This document shows, one piece after another, positions 30,541 to 41,302 of a DNA stretch of 64,000 bases. The translations under genes were made by a program, and so were the position numbers. Source of the DNA: Planctomycetota bacterium (GTDB lineage: Bacteria > Planctomycetota > GCA-002687715 > CAIWVZ01); the NCBI GenBank assembly GCA_044222185.1, contig JBGANV010000003.1, positions 480,001 through 544,000 of the forward strand, given 5' to 3'. Within the stretch, counting starts at the first letter, position 1. Each line of letters begins with the position of its first letter. The notes under the pieces were generated by a model. That model saw nothing but the letters and a program-made list of their open reading frames with translations, was not told where the DNA came from and searched no databases.

Positions 30541-31395
30541 ATGCGAGCATCGATCGTCGACTCCGTTCCGCGGCTCGTTCCGCTCCTCATCCTCTCGCTC
30601 CTCGTCAGCGTCGGGTCGGCTCAGACCCGCACGCAGGACGTCATCTACCTGAAGTCCGGCGGTGTGGCCTTCACGCTGGACGTGTCGAAGCCGGCGAAGC
30701 CCAACAAGGCCGCGGTGATCTTCATCGTGAGCGGGGGCTGGGTCTCCGACCACGCGATGATCAAGCCGATGGCGGGCGCCGCCGAGAAGGTGTTCACCGA
30801 TGGAGGCTTCACAGTGTTCTCGGTGGTCCACGGCGCGCAGCCGCGTTTCAAAGTGACCGAGATCGTCGAGCAGGTGCGCGCGGCGGTCCGCTTCGTGCAC
30901 GCTCACGCGGCCGACTATGGCATCGACACGAACCGCGTCGGAGTGACCGGGATCAGTTCCGGCGGGCACCTCGCCCTGATGGTGGCAGGCTCACCGGAGT
31001 CTCCCGTGAATGCGGTGGCGGCGATCGCGCCGCCGACCGACCTCGCCAATTGGGGCAAGGCGGGCGTGATCCTCACCGAGGAGCCTCAGTTCGCCACGTT
31101 CATCCCTGCGCTGGGCATCGACACGAAGGCGCCCCGGAGTGACACCGAGGCGCTGGCGAAGAAGCAGTCCCCGATCAACGGCGTCACGGGCAAGTTCCCG
31201 CCGACGCTCATCGTCCATGGAGATGGCGACAAAGTCGTTCCGCTACAGCAGGCCAAGGCGATGGATGAAGCGCTGGCGAAGGCCGAGGCTCCGCACAAGC
31301 TCGAAGTCGTTCCGGGAGGCGGCCACGACTCGTCGACGTTCGGAGCGGGCGTCACGAAAGCCGTCGATTGGTTCAAGGAGAAGCTCCTCAAATAG
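30541..31395 (+). CDS. Secreted alpha/beta hydrolase (esterase/lipase-like)
   Basis: Nucleophile motif GISSGGH, HGDGDKVVP (Asp) and GGGH (His). Signal peptide. Confidence 0.88.
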   Translation: MRASIVDSVPRLVPLLILSLLVSVGSAQTRTQDVIYLKSGGVAFTLDVSKPAKPNKAAVIFIVSGGWVSDHAMIKPMAGAAEKVFTDGGFTVFSVVHGAQPRFKVTEIVEQVRAAVRFVHAHAADYGIDTNRVGVTGISSGGHLALMVAGSPESPVNAVAAIAPPTDLANWGKAGVILTEEPQFATFIPALGIDTKAPRSDTEALAKKQSPINGVTGKFPPTLIVHGDGDKVVPLQQAKAMDEALAKAEAPHKLEVVPGGGHDSSTFGAGVTKAVDWFKEKLLK

Positions 31396-31561
31396 GAGCG
31401 CGGCTCGCGCCCGCGCGCGGCAGCGATGCGCGCAGAGGAGGCCCGCCGCGCGTGCCGGCGTTCGGTATCCTGCGCCGGTGACACCACGACGCGCGAGTCC
31501 AAAGGCAATAGGAGCTCCGACGCCAACGCGGCGTCGAGCCGACCTTCGCATCGATGACGAT

Positions 31562-32143
31562 GTGGTCAGCGTCCAGCGGGCGTTCGCCCGCATCCATCCG
31601 ATTCCCGCGGCCGAAGTCGCGCGGCTGGTGCAAGGCGCGCATGTAGCCGAACTGAAACGAGGAGCGATCCTGTTCCGGCAAGGGCAGCCGGCGGATTGGC
31701 TCGGCATCGTGATCCGCGGCCTCGTGCGGCTCTACTGCATCCGGGAGGGCCGGTCCGTCAATCTCGGCTTCGAGATCGAGGGCGGATTCATCGGAGACTA
31801 CGCGGCCTACATGCAGCAGCTTCCCACCAGCCACTCCGAAGAAACGCTCGAACCGTCGCGCGTGATCTCGTTCTCCCGTGAGCTGCTCGGTCGGATGATG
31901 ACGGAGGGCGAACACTGGCGCGAACTCGCGAGGCGCGGCGCGGAGGTGGAGCTGGTACGGAAGCTCGGGAAGGAAGTCGATCAGCGCACGCGGACGCCGG
32001 CCGAACGGTACGCGGCGCTCGTCGACGGTCGCTCGCCTCTGCTGCAGCGCGTACCGCTCTACCACCTGGCGTCGTATCTCGGCGTCACGCCGGAGACGTT
32101 GAGCCGGATCCGCGCCCGCCGCGCAACACGCGCTCGATCTTGA
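31562..32143 (+). CDS. Crp/Fnr family transcriptional regulator
   Basis: cNMP-binding domain plus C-terminal LASYLGVTPETLSRIR. Start uncertain. Confidence 0.85.
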   Translation: MVSVQRAFARIHPIPAAEVARLVQGAHVAELKRGAILFRQGQPADWLGIVIRGLVRLYCIREGRSVNLGFEIEGGFIGDYAAYMQQLPTSHSEETLEPSRVISFSRELLGRMMTEGEHWRELARRGAEVELVRKLGKEVDQRTRTPAERYAALVDGRSPLLQRVPLYHLASYLGVTPETLSRIRARRATRARS

Positions 32144-32188
32144 TCCGGATCAAGGCGACGTTCGGCGCCAGCCATAGAATCGGCCCCC

Positions 32189-33022
32189 ATGTCGCTCAGA
32201 TCCCTGCGTCTCCTCCCGCTCTTGGCGTTCATCGTCTTCCCGAACGGGCCGTCGCCCGTCGATGAACCGATCGAGCTGAAGCTGGAGCCCTACGCTGGCC
32301 CACTGCGCACCCTCACGGCCGACGTGGGTGGCAAGACAGCAAAGATGATGTTCGACAGCGGCGGCGGATCCACGGTCTTCTCGCCGAGGCTCGCTGCGGC
32401 CGCCCGCTCGACGGTGTTCGGTCGCGGAACGGGCTTTCGGCACGATGGCTCCCGCATCGATGGTCGCCGCGGAACTGCCGTGGCCTTGCGCTTCGGATCG
32501 TTCACCCGCAATGACGAGGTCGGCGTCCTCGACCTCGATGCGATGCTTCGAGGTCTGCCGCCGCTCGACGGCATCGTGAGCCTCGAGACGTTCGCGGGCC
32601 GCGCGTTGACCGTCGACCTGGCCCGCGATCGACTCACGATCGAGACGCCAGCGAGCCTCTCGTCACGGATTCGAGCCATGAAAGAGCTGCGCGTGCGCAT
32701 CGCCCATCAGGCCGGCGGCGCCTCGCTCGATCTGTTCGTTGCCATCGAGGGTCGGCACGGTCCGCTATGGTTCGAGCTCGACTCCGGCAACACTCAAGGC
32801 GTGCTCCTGGCGCCGCACTCTCTCACCGAGTTGGGGCTCGCTGAGAAACCCGTCGGCGCCACGCTCGACGTCAGCCTCCCGATTCGCGGCCTGGGCCAGG
32901 TGCGCTGCAAAGCCAGCGTGAAGGAGTTGATCTACGACGGCTTGCTCGACTTCGGATTCCTGCAGCGTCACGTCGTCAGCCTCGATCTCGCGAACGGCCG
33001 CGGCTGGGCCGCGGCGAACTAG
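32189..33022 (+). CDS. Secreted retropepsin-like aspartyl protease (two lobes)
   Basis: FDSGG and LDSGN catalytic motifs with DGIV/DGLL. N-terminal signal peptide. Confidence 0.78.
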   Translation: MSLRSLRLLPLLAFIVFPNGPSPVDEPIELKLEPYAGPLRTLTADVGGKTAKMMFDSGGGSTVFSPRLAAAARSTVFGRGTGFRHDGSRIDGRRGTAVALRFGSFTRNDEVGVLDLDAMLRGLPPLDGIVSLETFAGRALTVDLARDRLTIETPASLSSRIRAMKELRVRIAHQAGGASLDLFVAIEGRHGPLWFELDSGNTQGVLLAPHSLTELGLAEKPVGATLDVSLPIRGLGQVRCKASVKELIYDGLLDFGFLQRHVVSLDLANGRGWAAAN

Positions 33023-33412
33023 GCGCGAGTCACGTTCGCCAGCACCGATCCGGATCCATAGGCCCCCGGGCTCGATCCAAACGCGGCCAAATACCACCGG
33101 CATCGCGGTCGCAACGGGGACTTCGACGCGCCACGTCGGCTCGAGAGCGACCATCTCGACGACGGCGCAGTTCATCTCGCCGCGCACACTCGAAGGCCCG
33201 GTCGGCGACGGCATGACTCACGGAACTCTCGATGAGCCCCACGGCACCAGGGCGTCGCCAGTCCGTCCCGGCTCCCACTGCAGCCGACGCGTGTGATGCG
33301 ATGCGTGCGCCAACAGGAAATTCTCGATTCACCATGGCGGGTCTGAGGCGCCCCTTCCGAGATCCCAGACGAACGCCGTCGACTCAGTGTTCACGAATAT
33401 TGGAGAAGCCTC

Positions 33413-34372
33413 ATGTTGAATATCGCCATCGCCTGTCTCGTCGCTGCGCCGTTCCTGTCATGGCCGTCTCTCGACAACCCGACGAGGGCCTCGACTCCTC
33501 CGCCCGCAGTCCCCAAACGGGAGATCTCCGTCGTCGACAACGCCGACACCGGCTACATGGAAACCCAGGGTAGCTGGTTCGTCAGCGCACTGCCTGGGCT
33601 CGTCGGCGACTCTCGATACTCAACGAGCGCCAACGCCGTCGCCAGGTTTTCGTTCGGCCCGAGAACCGGCGTATTCGAGATCTCCGCAAGCTGGCCGAGC
33701 CATTCCAACAGCAGCAAGGCGCTCTACCTGGTCGAATGTGGCGGGACCCTGGTCGGCTCGGCGATTCGGAACCAAGCGAACGCTGGCGGCGACTACGTCT
33801 CGCTGGGCACCGTGGTGGCGACGGGGGGTGAACTCGTCGTCACGGTCTCTCAGGCTCCCGGCGGGGCCGGTGCGCTTCGTACCGATGTCATGAAGATCTC
33901 CGACGTTTCAGCGCGCGACGTCGACGTCACGGCGATCATCGGTGCAGGCGTACCGGGCGCTCCGGCAACCCTTGCCACGTATCTGCTGGTGTCGAACACG
34001 CATTCGACGGCGACCGTCACGGTCGAGGTGTCAGTATTCACCCCCGGCGGCACGCTTCGTCACGAGTCAGACGGCGGAGCGGCCGGGAACATTCGCGACG
34101 GCGGCTCGCCCGGCGCCACGTTCCAGGAGGCTGGGCCGGCGGATCCGTTCACATTCACCGTGACGATCTCGCCGAAAGCCACGGCACAGATCGACTTCTA
34201 TGGCGCGCCATCCGGCGACCTCGGAAACGGCCTCTGCCACATTCACTACGCAAGCCCGAACGGGGCTGCCGTGCTGGTCGGGGAGGTTCGCAGACAATTC
34301 AGCACGACCGTGAGCGGCGGAACGTGCAACGGCATTGCAAGCCAGCCGATCCTGGGCGGCGCAACCTTCTGA
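33413..34372 (+). CDS. Secreted protein with golvesin/Xly-like carbohydrate-binding domain
   Basis: Signal peptide. VVDNAD..GSW, G.FEISASW, A.Y.V and NQ...G.YVSLGT pattern. Confidence 0.6.
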   Translation: MLNIAIACLVAAPFLSWPSLDNPTRASTPPPAVPKREISVVDNADTGYMETQGSWFVSALPGLVGDSRYSTSANAVARFSFGPRTGVFEISASWPSHSNSSKALYLVECGGTLVGSAIRNQANAGGDYVSLGTVVATGGELVVTVSQAPGGAGALRTDVMKISDVSARDVDVTAIIGAGVPGAPATLATYLLVSNTHSTATVTVEVSVFTPGGTLRHESDGGAAGNIRDGGSPGATFQEAGPADPFTFTVTISPKATAQIDFYGAPSGDLGNGLCHIHYASPNGAAVLVGEVRRQFSTTVSGGTCNGIASQPILGGATF

Positions 34373-34514
34373 CTGCATAGGCTCCCATGATCGACGCCAT
34401 CGACGGTCGACAGGCGCGGTCGCTCCCAGGCGGCCGCTGCGAGGAGACGTGGTTGTTGCCATGGGGAGCTGGCGCGTTGCCCGCCATGAACCTTCGGACT
34501 ACGATCGCGCTCGG

Positions 34515-35048
34515 ATGAACTCGACGTACAACGAGGCAGTCGACGACCGCGAGTGGTTCGTGCGGCTTCATTCCGAAGCGCGACGCCTCGCGCGAGCCGC
34601 CTTGCGCGGAATGCCACCCGAGTTCTCACTCCGGACCGACGACATCGTCCATGAGGCGTTCTTGAAACTCCTGCGTGGAGGCGTGGACGCCCCTCGCGAT
34701 CCGGGACACGCCGTTGCGCTGATCGGCCAGGCGGTGAGGTTCGCCGTCACCGACCACGTGCGAAGCCGCAACGCCGTCCGACGAAGTGCCGAGCGTACTG
34801 CGACCGCACCGGACGAGCTCCAGGCAGTCGACGGCGCTCACGACACCGACCTGCTCGACATCGACGCCCTGCTCGAGGAGTTGGCAGCCGACCCTCAAAC
34901 CGAGTCGACCGCACGCGCCTTCGTCCTGCGGTTCTACGTCGGGTTGTCCGAAGCCGAGACCGCCCTCGCGCTTGGGGTATCCGTACGGACGGCCGAGCGT
35001 AAGATCAGGTTCGCCCGAGGATGGCTACACCGACGCCTGAACCGATAG
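34515..35048 (+). CDS. ECF-type sigma factor (kinase-associated Planctomycete type)
   Basis: EARRLAR, SLRTDDIVHEAFLKL, DHVRSRNAVRR and LRFYVGLS..ETALALGVS.RT motifs. Overlaps the kinase. Confidence 0.88.
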   Translation: MNSTYNEAVDDREWFVRLHSEARRLARAALRGMPPEFSLRTDDIVHEAFLKLLRGGVDAPRDPGHAVALIGQAVRFAVTDHVRSRNAVRRSAERTATAPDELQAVDGAHDTDLLDIDALLEELAADPQTESTARAFVLRFYVGLSEAETALALGVSVRTAERKIRFARGWLHRRLNR

Positions 35049-37706
35049 ACGCATCCGATCGCACAAGCCGCGACGCGGAGATCCTGGCGCGCGCCGCCCT
35101 GCACGTCCCAACGGCTGGGCTCGCCGACTTCCTCGACGACTGCTGCGGCGCCGATCGCCGACTTCGCATCGCGGTGGATCGGATGTTGGACGCGATCAGG
35201 GCTGCGGAGTCAGACCCCGAGGACGTCAGCGTCAGATTCCGCGCCGAAGATGCTCGCGCAACGGTCGCATCCGACGACATCCGATTTCGCGGAGGCTCGT
35301 TCGGCCCCTATCGACTCCTGCGCCGCATTGGAGAGGGCGGAAGCGGCGTGGTCTTCGAGTCCGTTGGCCCCAAGGGTTCTGTCGCGATCAAGATTCTTAG
35401 ACAGGGCTCCGGCGACAACGCCCGCGGCGAACGCCGCATTCGCCGGGAAATCAACCTTCTGCGTCGGCTAAGCCACCCGGGCATCGCGTCCTACTGCGAC
35501 CATGGCCGTACGCAGCCGGGTGAGGGTTCCGAGCTCTATGTGGCCGTCGAGCTCGTCGCCGGTTCGCCATTGACCGAGTACGCCCACCGCTGCGGGCTGG
35601 ACGACGCGAGACGGGTCGAACTGATCGAGCAGGCGTGTGCGGCCCTCGGATACGCACACGCGAAAGGCGTCGTACACCGCGACCTCAAGCCTGCGAACCT
35701 GCTCGTCGACACGAGTGGGCGGCTGAAAGTGATCGACTTCGGGGTTGCCGCCGCAGAGCCCGAACGCTTCGACTCGAGCCAAACGAGCGCGGGGCGATCG
35801 TTCGTCGGCACCGTCGCCTACGCTGCCCCTGAGCAGGTGTCCGGGCGACGCGTCGACGGTCGAGCCGACATCTACTCCCTGGGCGTCGTGCTCTTCGAAC
35901 TCCTGACCGGAACGACCCCATATCACCTGAAGGACGGAGGGCTGTTCGATCTCGTCGACGCCGTGCGATCGCACCGAACGAAGCGACTCGCCGACCTTCG
36001 ACCCGACATTTCGCCCGATCTCGAAGCGATCACGGAGCATGCGCTCGACCCTGACCGAGAGCGGCGCTACCGAGATTGCGCTGAACTCGCGGCCGATCTT
36101 CAGCGGTTCCGCGAGCGCAAGCCCGTCTCCGTCCGCAGTCCGGGGCTCAACGATCTGCTCCGACGCGAGGTAAGACGGCGACCCGTCGTCACCGCCGCCG
36201 TGATCGCGGTCGTACTGGCGGTCGCTGGGGCCGGCGTCCTGGTCTACTCCACGGCACGAAGAGAGGCTGATCTCGCCGCGTCCACGCTCGAGAGCGTCGC
36301 TTGCCAGCTCACACAAATTGCCGAAGCACGCGACCAGGGGTTTCCCCCAACTGCCCAACTGCAACTGTTGAGCGCGGCGGAGGCGGCTCTCAATTCGATC
36401 GCGCGTGTCAGGCCGGCCGACGGGCTCTTCCTGCGCACGCACGCAAAGGTCGCGCGACTTCAGGGTGAGGCCAGTCTGTCTCTGGATGACTTCGTCGATG
36501 CGTCGACCCGTTTTCGCGTCGCGTCCGCCGACCATGAGTCCCTGAAGGCACACTTCGACTCAACGCAGGACGACCGGCTCGATGCGATCGTGATCATGGT
36601 GAAGCTGGGTGAGGTAGCGAAGGCCCAGCACGACGCGTCGACATGCGAAGCCTTGTTCGCGGAGGCACTCAAACTCAACGAGGCCGAGGCGAGAAACGAC
36701 CCCACACCGCGTGCTCTCGACGATCTGGCCTCGAGCTACGATCGCTGCGCATTCATGGCTGCACAGGAGCACGGTGACTGGCGAAACGCGGAGAGGCTGT
36801 ATCGGCGCATGAAGGAGGTCGCCGACACCCTCGGCACGATCGCGCCCGAGAGGTTGACCGGACTGCGCGCGAAATTCGACGCTCGTCGGCATCTCCTCGG
36901 ACTGGCTGAGGCGACGAAGGACGACGAACTCTCGCAATCGCTGGTGGCCGAGCTCGGCCCGTTGGTGGCCGAGCTCATGAGGCGTGAGCCGGACGGTCTC
37001 GACCACCTGGAAAGCGCGATGTCCGTCGAGCGCAGTCGTGCGCGGCTGCGCGCCATCGCGTGGCGGAAGGACGGGGGGGGCTCCACTCGTGCCGTCGGCG
37101 GACGAAGCGGATCTCGAGCGCCGCCACGTCGAGATCTGCGCACGCGCGCGACGCTCGGCTTCGCGTGATCCGATCCGTGAACGAGCCCATCGAATGGCCC
37201 TGGTCCTCGCCCGCACCGCGGAGTACCGCGACGACCACGCGACGTCGCGAAACCGCCTCGCCGTCGCCGTCGAGTTTGCAGAACGGTCGAAGCCGAATAG
37301 CCACGGAGCACCGGCTCCGTTCGACCTGGATCTCTTCGCCGCGTCGCTTCAAGCGGGCACCAATGGTGAGTCACCGACCTCCGAGTCGTCGGAGCCAGAT
37401 CGTGACCTCTTCCTTGGAGTCGAAGCGAAGAGCGTCGCAGTGGCCTCCCCAGCCGTGATCTGGTTCCTGTGCAACGACCCTCGCGCGGCCGATTCGTCCA
37501 ACTTCCGTCGGGCTTTCGAGGCCCTGAAGGCCGAGTTCCTGGCGGGACGCGGCAGCTCTCCCGACCACCTCGTGCCGCTGGTGATCGCGGCTCGAATCTG
37601 TGGCGACGCAACCACCGCTCGCGATGCGGCCGACGCGGCACTGAGGCTTCTCCCTGCACGGCGATCACCACTGCGAACAGAAATCGAGCGCATAGCTCGC
37701 GGGTAG
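35021..37706 (+). pseudogene. Ser/Thr kinase with TM and TPR-like C-terminus, split by a frameshift at a G8 tract (37073-37080)
   Basis: Intact kinase motifs (GEGGSG, VAIK, HRDLKPAN, DFG, APE). The ORF stops at 37168, but helical coding sequence continues in the +1 frame to 37706. Removing one G fuses the two parts. Confidence 0.75.
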
Positions 37707-38343
37707 GACGCGGGCACGCGCAGGTCGATGGTCAACGCCGCCACAGAGAGCCCATCACCCGCCAGACGGAAGGTGCGACACCAAGGGGGCCATCGCTGTG
37801 TGGCTGGGGGTAGGACCCGGACGCCGCCGAACCGCGTCTGTCGGGCCGGCGCGAGCCCCCTCGATGGCGAACGATGCCGACCTCGGGCGGACTCTCTTGC
37901 CCTGCTGCGTCGCTCCCGCGCCGCTGAGGCCATGCTCGACACGTGGATCGTGGCGTCGGAGGCCGGAGGGTCCGACCGTAAACGGCCACGGCAGCACCAC
38001 CACCGCCCACCGCGCGGACGCCTCGCGCCGACGAGCGCAATGTGCAGATGGAGAGGCGGAGGATCATGGAGACACGGAGGCAGATCCTCGTCGGGGTCCG
38101 CCCGAGGATCCCGCCCGTCACCACAGCGGATCGCGTGGGGTAACGGCAAGCTAACCGTACTGCGGGACCTCGACGGCGCGAGCAGCCTCTGGGGTCCGCC
38201 CGCGGAGCGCGGGCTCGGCGCGCCGCCGGGAACGGGCGTGCTGGCCCGCGATGCAGGAATGCTCAATCCAGCGGCAGCGAGGCGGCAGCCTGGCGGTCCG
38301 TCAACCCACAACCTGGGCGACTGTCCGCTCACACCGACCAGGA

Positions 38344-38688
38344 CTAGTCGAGCGCGTCCAAGCGAATGCCGTCGCCCACGGGGAGGATCGGGAGTCGACA
38401 CGGCGCCGTCCGCCGGCGTTTATGGTCACGGACCAGCTGATCGCAGCGATGGACTGGCACGAATGCAAGCGAGGACGTTGGCGGCGGGTCGGACAGTAAG
38501 ACCTGTATTGATGCGGGGGCATCAGGATCAGGTGCTGAGGCGTAGATCTCGACGATTGCCGGAGTCACCACGCCGGTGTCGCGACCTTCGACGTAGATGC
38601 GGGCAACCGCCCGCTCGGACTGCACCGGAACCCACGTCGCAGAGGCGCAACCCTCTATGAGGAGAGACGCTCCGAGCGCTGCGGCCAT
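38344..38688 (-). CDS. Possible small lipoprotein/PEGA-like fragment
   Basis: LLIEGC lipobox-like motif followed by V.S...ARIYVEGRDTGVVTP, which resembles PEGA. The surrounding region looks degenerate. Confidence 0.35.
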   Translation of the reverse strand: MAAALGASLLIEGCASATWVPVQSERAVARIYVEGRDTGVVTPAIVEIYASAPDPDAPASIQVLLSDPPPTSSLAFVPVHRCDQLVRDHKRRRTAPCRLPILPVGDGIRLDALD

Positions 38689-39109
38689 CAACGGCACCGG
38701 CCAGTACTGGGATGTGCGACGCCCGGACGTCGGCGTGATCCTATCGCGGCGCCAGAACGCGATGCGAGGCCCTGCCGCCGAAAGCCGACGGCACATCCTC
38801 GGCAAGACTGAGACGGGGACGCGAGGCCCTCGTGAATCCGAGGAACCTCGTTCGCTAGTCGTGTGGGCATCGCGCTCCCCCCGAGAGCTCCGGCACCCGC
38901 GCGAACGTCGAGCCTCGCTTCGAAACTCGAACACGCACACGCCGATTTCGTCTAGACTGCCGCCATCGGTGCCGGGCTTCCCGATCGTTGGGTGCACCAC
39001 CCACAGGCCGGCGTTCACGAGGACCTTCGGTCGAGTTCCTCAGCAGGCGGTCGACCCCGCTTGGATGTAGCGGCGCATGGCTATTTGCGGATCGCAGGGA
39101 GACACTCCT

Positions 39110-39358
39110 ATGTCACGAATCCGATGGGTCCCCAATTCAAGGTATCGCAGGCACGCTTTCCGGACGGCGGCGTTCGTCGCGTCCAGCGGACACGCGCCAT
39201 CCTGGGTCGTGTCGCCACGACTTGCCGCCGCTCTGGGCAGGGCTTGGCTCATCGGATTGGGTCTCTGCGCCGCCGCGCCGGCCCAAGCCGGCATCGCCGC
39301 CTGGGGGAGCAATTTCAATGGACAATGCAACGTGCCCGCGCTTCCTGGGTTGGCTTAT
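39110..39358 (+). pseudogene. 5' fragment of a secreted RCC1-repeat protein, truncated by the IS
   Basis: Signal peptide ending AQA|G, then AWGSNFNGQCNVPALPGLAY (an RCC1-type repeat), cut exactly at the IS end. Confidence 0.7.
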
Positions 39359-40740
39359 CAGCCCGTTGCAGAACCCCGCCGCCCCGAGCGCCAATGTCGT
39401 CGGAATCGAATTTCGGTGCCGGTTCGGCTGATCGTCGCGGGCCGCTGAGGCAATCGCTGTCGCTGATAGCCGCGCGTCCAGTGTCGAATAGCGAGCGCGA
39501 GCAGGCGCGAGAGCGCCCCGAGGGCCTCGGCGAGGCCTTTCGGCGTACCGAACCCGCACAACTTCCTCATCACCAACCCGAGGTTGAACGCGCTGACCTG
39601 CAGGAGGTAGCGCTTTTCGTTGTTCTCCCGACCCCGCAGGTGTGTGCGCCTCAGCCCACCAGTGTCGAGCAGATGAGCGAACGACCGTTCGACCATTTTC
39701 CCGCGCTTGCGCAGCAACCGTTTGCCGTGGTCGCTCCGGATCCGCCGCCGGTTCTGCTGCCAGCTCCGATGCGCGATCTGCGGTTTCGAGACCCATCGGC
39801 GCTTCCCGCGAACGATCGGCTCGGCGATGCACGTCTTGATGCCCGCCGTCGCGCAACCGGCAATCACCGATTCGGAGTGGTATCCCTTGTCGGCGATGAC
39901 GGTGAAGTTCTCGCTCGGGATCTCCAGTTCATCGAAGGTCGCAACCACCGAGGTCAGCGTTGCAACCGAGGTGGCGTGGTCAGATTCATCGGCTGCGTTC
40001 ACCGTGGCGGCGACGATCGCGCCGGTTTCCACATCGCGCATGTTCCGCTTGTATGCCAAGTGCGTGCGACCGTCTTTCGTGCGGGCGATCTTCGCGTCTG
40101 GATCGATCGGAGACTTCAATCCTTGTTCGAGGTCGACCGGTCCTCGCGCTTGCGGTCGAAACGGGCGACGTCTTCGCGCGTCGGCGCGGGCTCGCCCGCT
40201 TCTTCGTAGGCGCTCCACGTATCCGGCATAGCTCTCGTTCGTGTCGCGGCGGACGATCGTGCGCATCGCCGCGTTGGCGTCCATCGTGCTCGCATCGAGC
40301 GCCAGCGCGCGGCCCTTCAGAAGATTGGACTTCTTCAGGATCTCGAGGACGAGCCTGTTCACCGCGCGGAAGACCTCGATCGGGAGGCGCCGCCGCACGA
40401 TCGACAACGAACTGTGATCCGGCGCCGCGTCCGCGGGGCCCAGCCCGATGAACGACTTCAGCGACAGCGAGTCGTCGAATCGCCAGGCCAGGCCGCGCTC
40501 CGAACTGATGCACTCGAAGTACCCGACCATGACCATGCGGAAGTAGCGCCCAGGAGGGATCGAGGGGCGGCCGTTCTTGTTTGCGTAGTGCTTCTCGCAG
40601 AGCGTCTCGACCTTCGCATCGAAGTCATTCGCCGCGAGAATCTCGTTCAGCTTGCCGAAGAACGGATGGCTCGGCGTCTTGATCTCGCTCGTCGCCACCC
40701 ACAGATCCCCTTGCCGCGGCCCCATGCGTCCCATCGACAT
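39358..40740 (-). CDS. Transposase (DUF772 + DDE), with locally compensating frameshifts
   Basis: GRPSIPP, SERGLAW, PDHSSLS, LDAST, ADKGY and VERSFAH motifs. Confidence 0.85.
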   Translation of the reverse strand: MSMGRMGPRQGDLWVATSEIKTPSHPFFGKLNEILAANDFDAKVETLCEKHYANKNGRPSIPPGRYFRMVMVGYFECISSERGLAWRFDDSLSLKSFIGLGPADAAPDHSSLSIVRRRLPIEVFRAVNRLVLEILKKSNLLKGRALALDASTMDANAAMRTIVRRDTNESYAGYVERLRRSGRARADARRRRPFRPQARGPVDLEQGLKSPIDPDAKIARTKDGRTHLAYKRNMRDVETGAIVAATVNAADESDHATSVATLTSVVATFDELEIPSENFTVIADKGYHSESVIAGCATAGIKTCIAEPIVRGKRRWVSKPQIAHRSWQQNRRRIRSDHGKRLLRKRGKMVERSFAHLLDTGGLRRTHLRGRENNEKRYLLQVSAFNLGLVMRKLCGFGTPKGLAEALGALSRLLALAIRHWTRGYQRQRLPQRPATISRTGTEIRFRRHWRSGRRGSATG

Positions 40741-40813
40741 GCGCTTCTCCTCAACGAGTCGCATCGATCACGGTCGAGATCGCTGGGGACTTCGCGAGTT
40801 TTTCAACGGGCTG
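39359..40813 (-). mobile_element. Insertion sequence (IS1182/IS5-like DDE element)
   Basis: Terminal inverted repeats CAGCCCGTTGCAGAACCC (39359-76) and GAGTTTTTCAACGGGCTG (40796-813), 15/18 identical. No clear target duplication. Confidence 0.88.
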
Positions 40814-41249
40814 CTACGGGATAAGGCGACACCGAGTCTTACGAGGGAGCGACGGGTTCCAGCTCGGGACGAGCTGGTGCAGTGGCGCCAGCTCCGCGGT
40901 CTGTGTATGTGACTTCGGCGCGGCGTGGCCTGGCGCAGCCCCAACCTCGCTCTCGTGTGGCTCCGCGGCTCCCCCCCAAGGTGTCTGGCGCGACGAGCAT
41001 CGTGCGTTAATGGCGAGCGACAACGGGCTCCGAGAAGCCGGGCTGCGCACAACGAAGCCATGGGCGATCAGGGGGACGGCGATCCCGCTCTGGTAGGCCG
41101 TGGGCAGGACGGCGGCGATGCGACCGTCGCAAAGCTGGACGGCCTCGGCGCGCGAGAGTCACCCCGAACCGATGATGCGATCCGCTGCAGGACGATCGCC
41201 CCGCCTGACTGCCCGGCGTAGCGCCCCCGCTGGCGCAACTCTCGTCCCT

Positions 41250-41290
41250 GAAATGAGAAAGCCCTTCGACGCGGTCGTCGAAGGGCTTCT
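41250..41290 (-). terminator. Rho-independent terminator downstream of tRNA-Pro
   Basis: 13-bp stem AAGCCCTTCGACG/CGTCGAAGGGCTT with a 4-nt loop, followed by a T-rich tract on the minus strand. Confidence 0.8.
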
Positions 41291-41302
41291 TTCGAACCGT
41301 AG

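Noticed and set aside
33025-33410. Short ORFs between the aspartyl protease and golvesin-like genes
   Set aside because: They have no recognisable motifs and overlap the neighbouring gene.
37730-38340. Overlapping ORFs between the kinase and the PEGA-like fragment
   Set aside because: No frame gives a coherent protein. The region is probably decayed.
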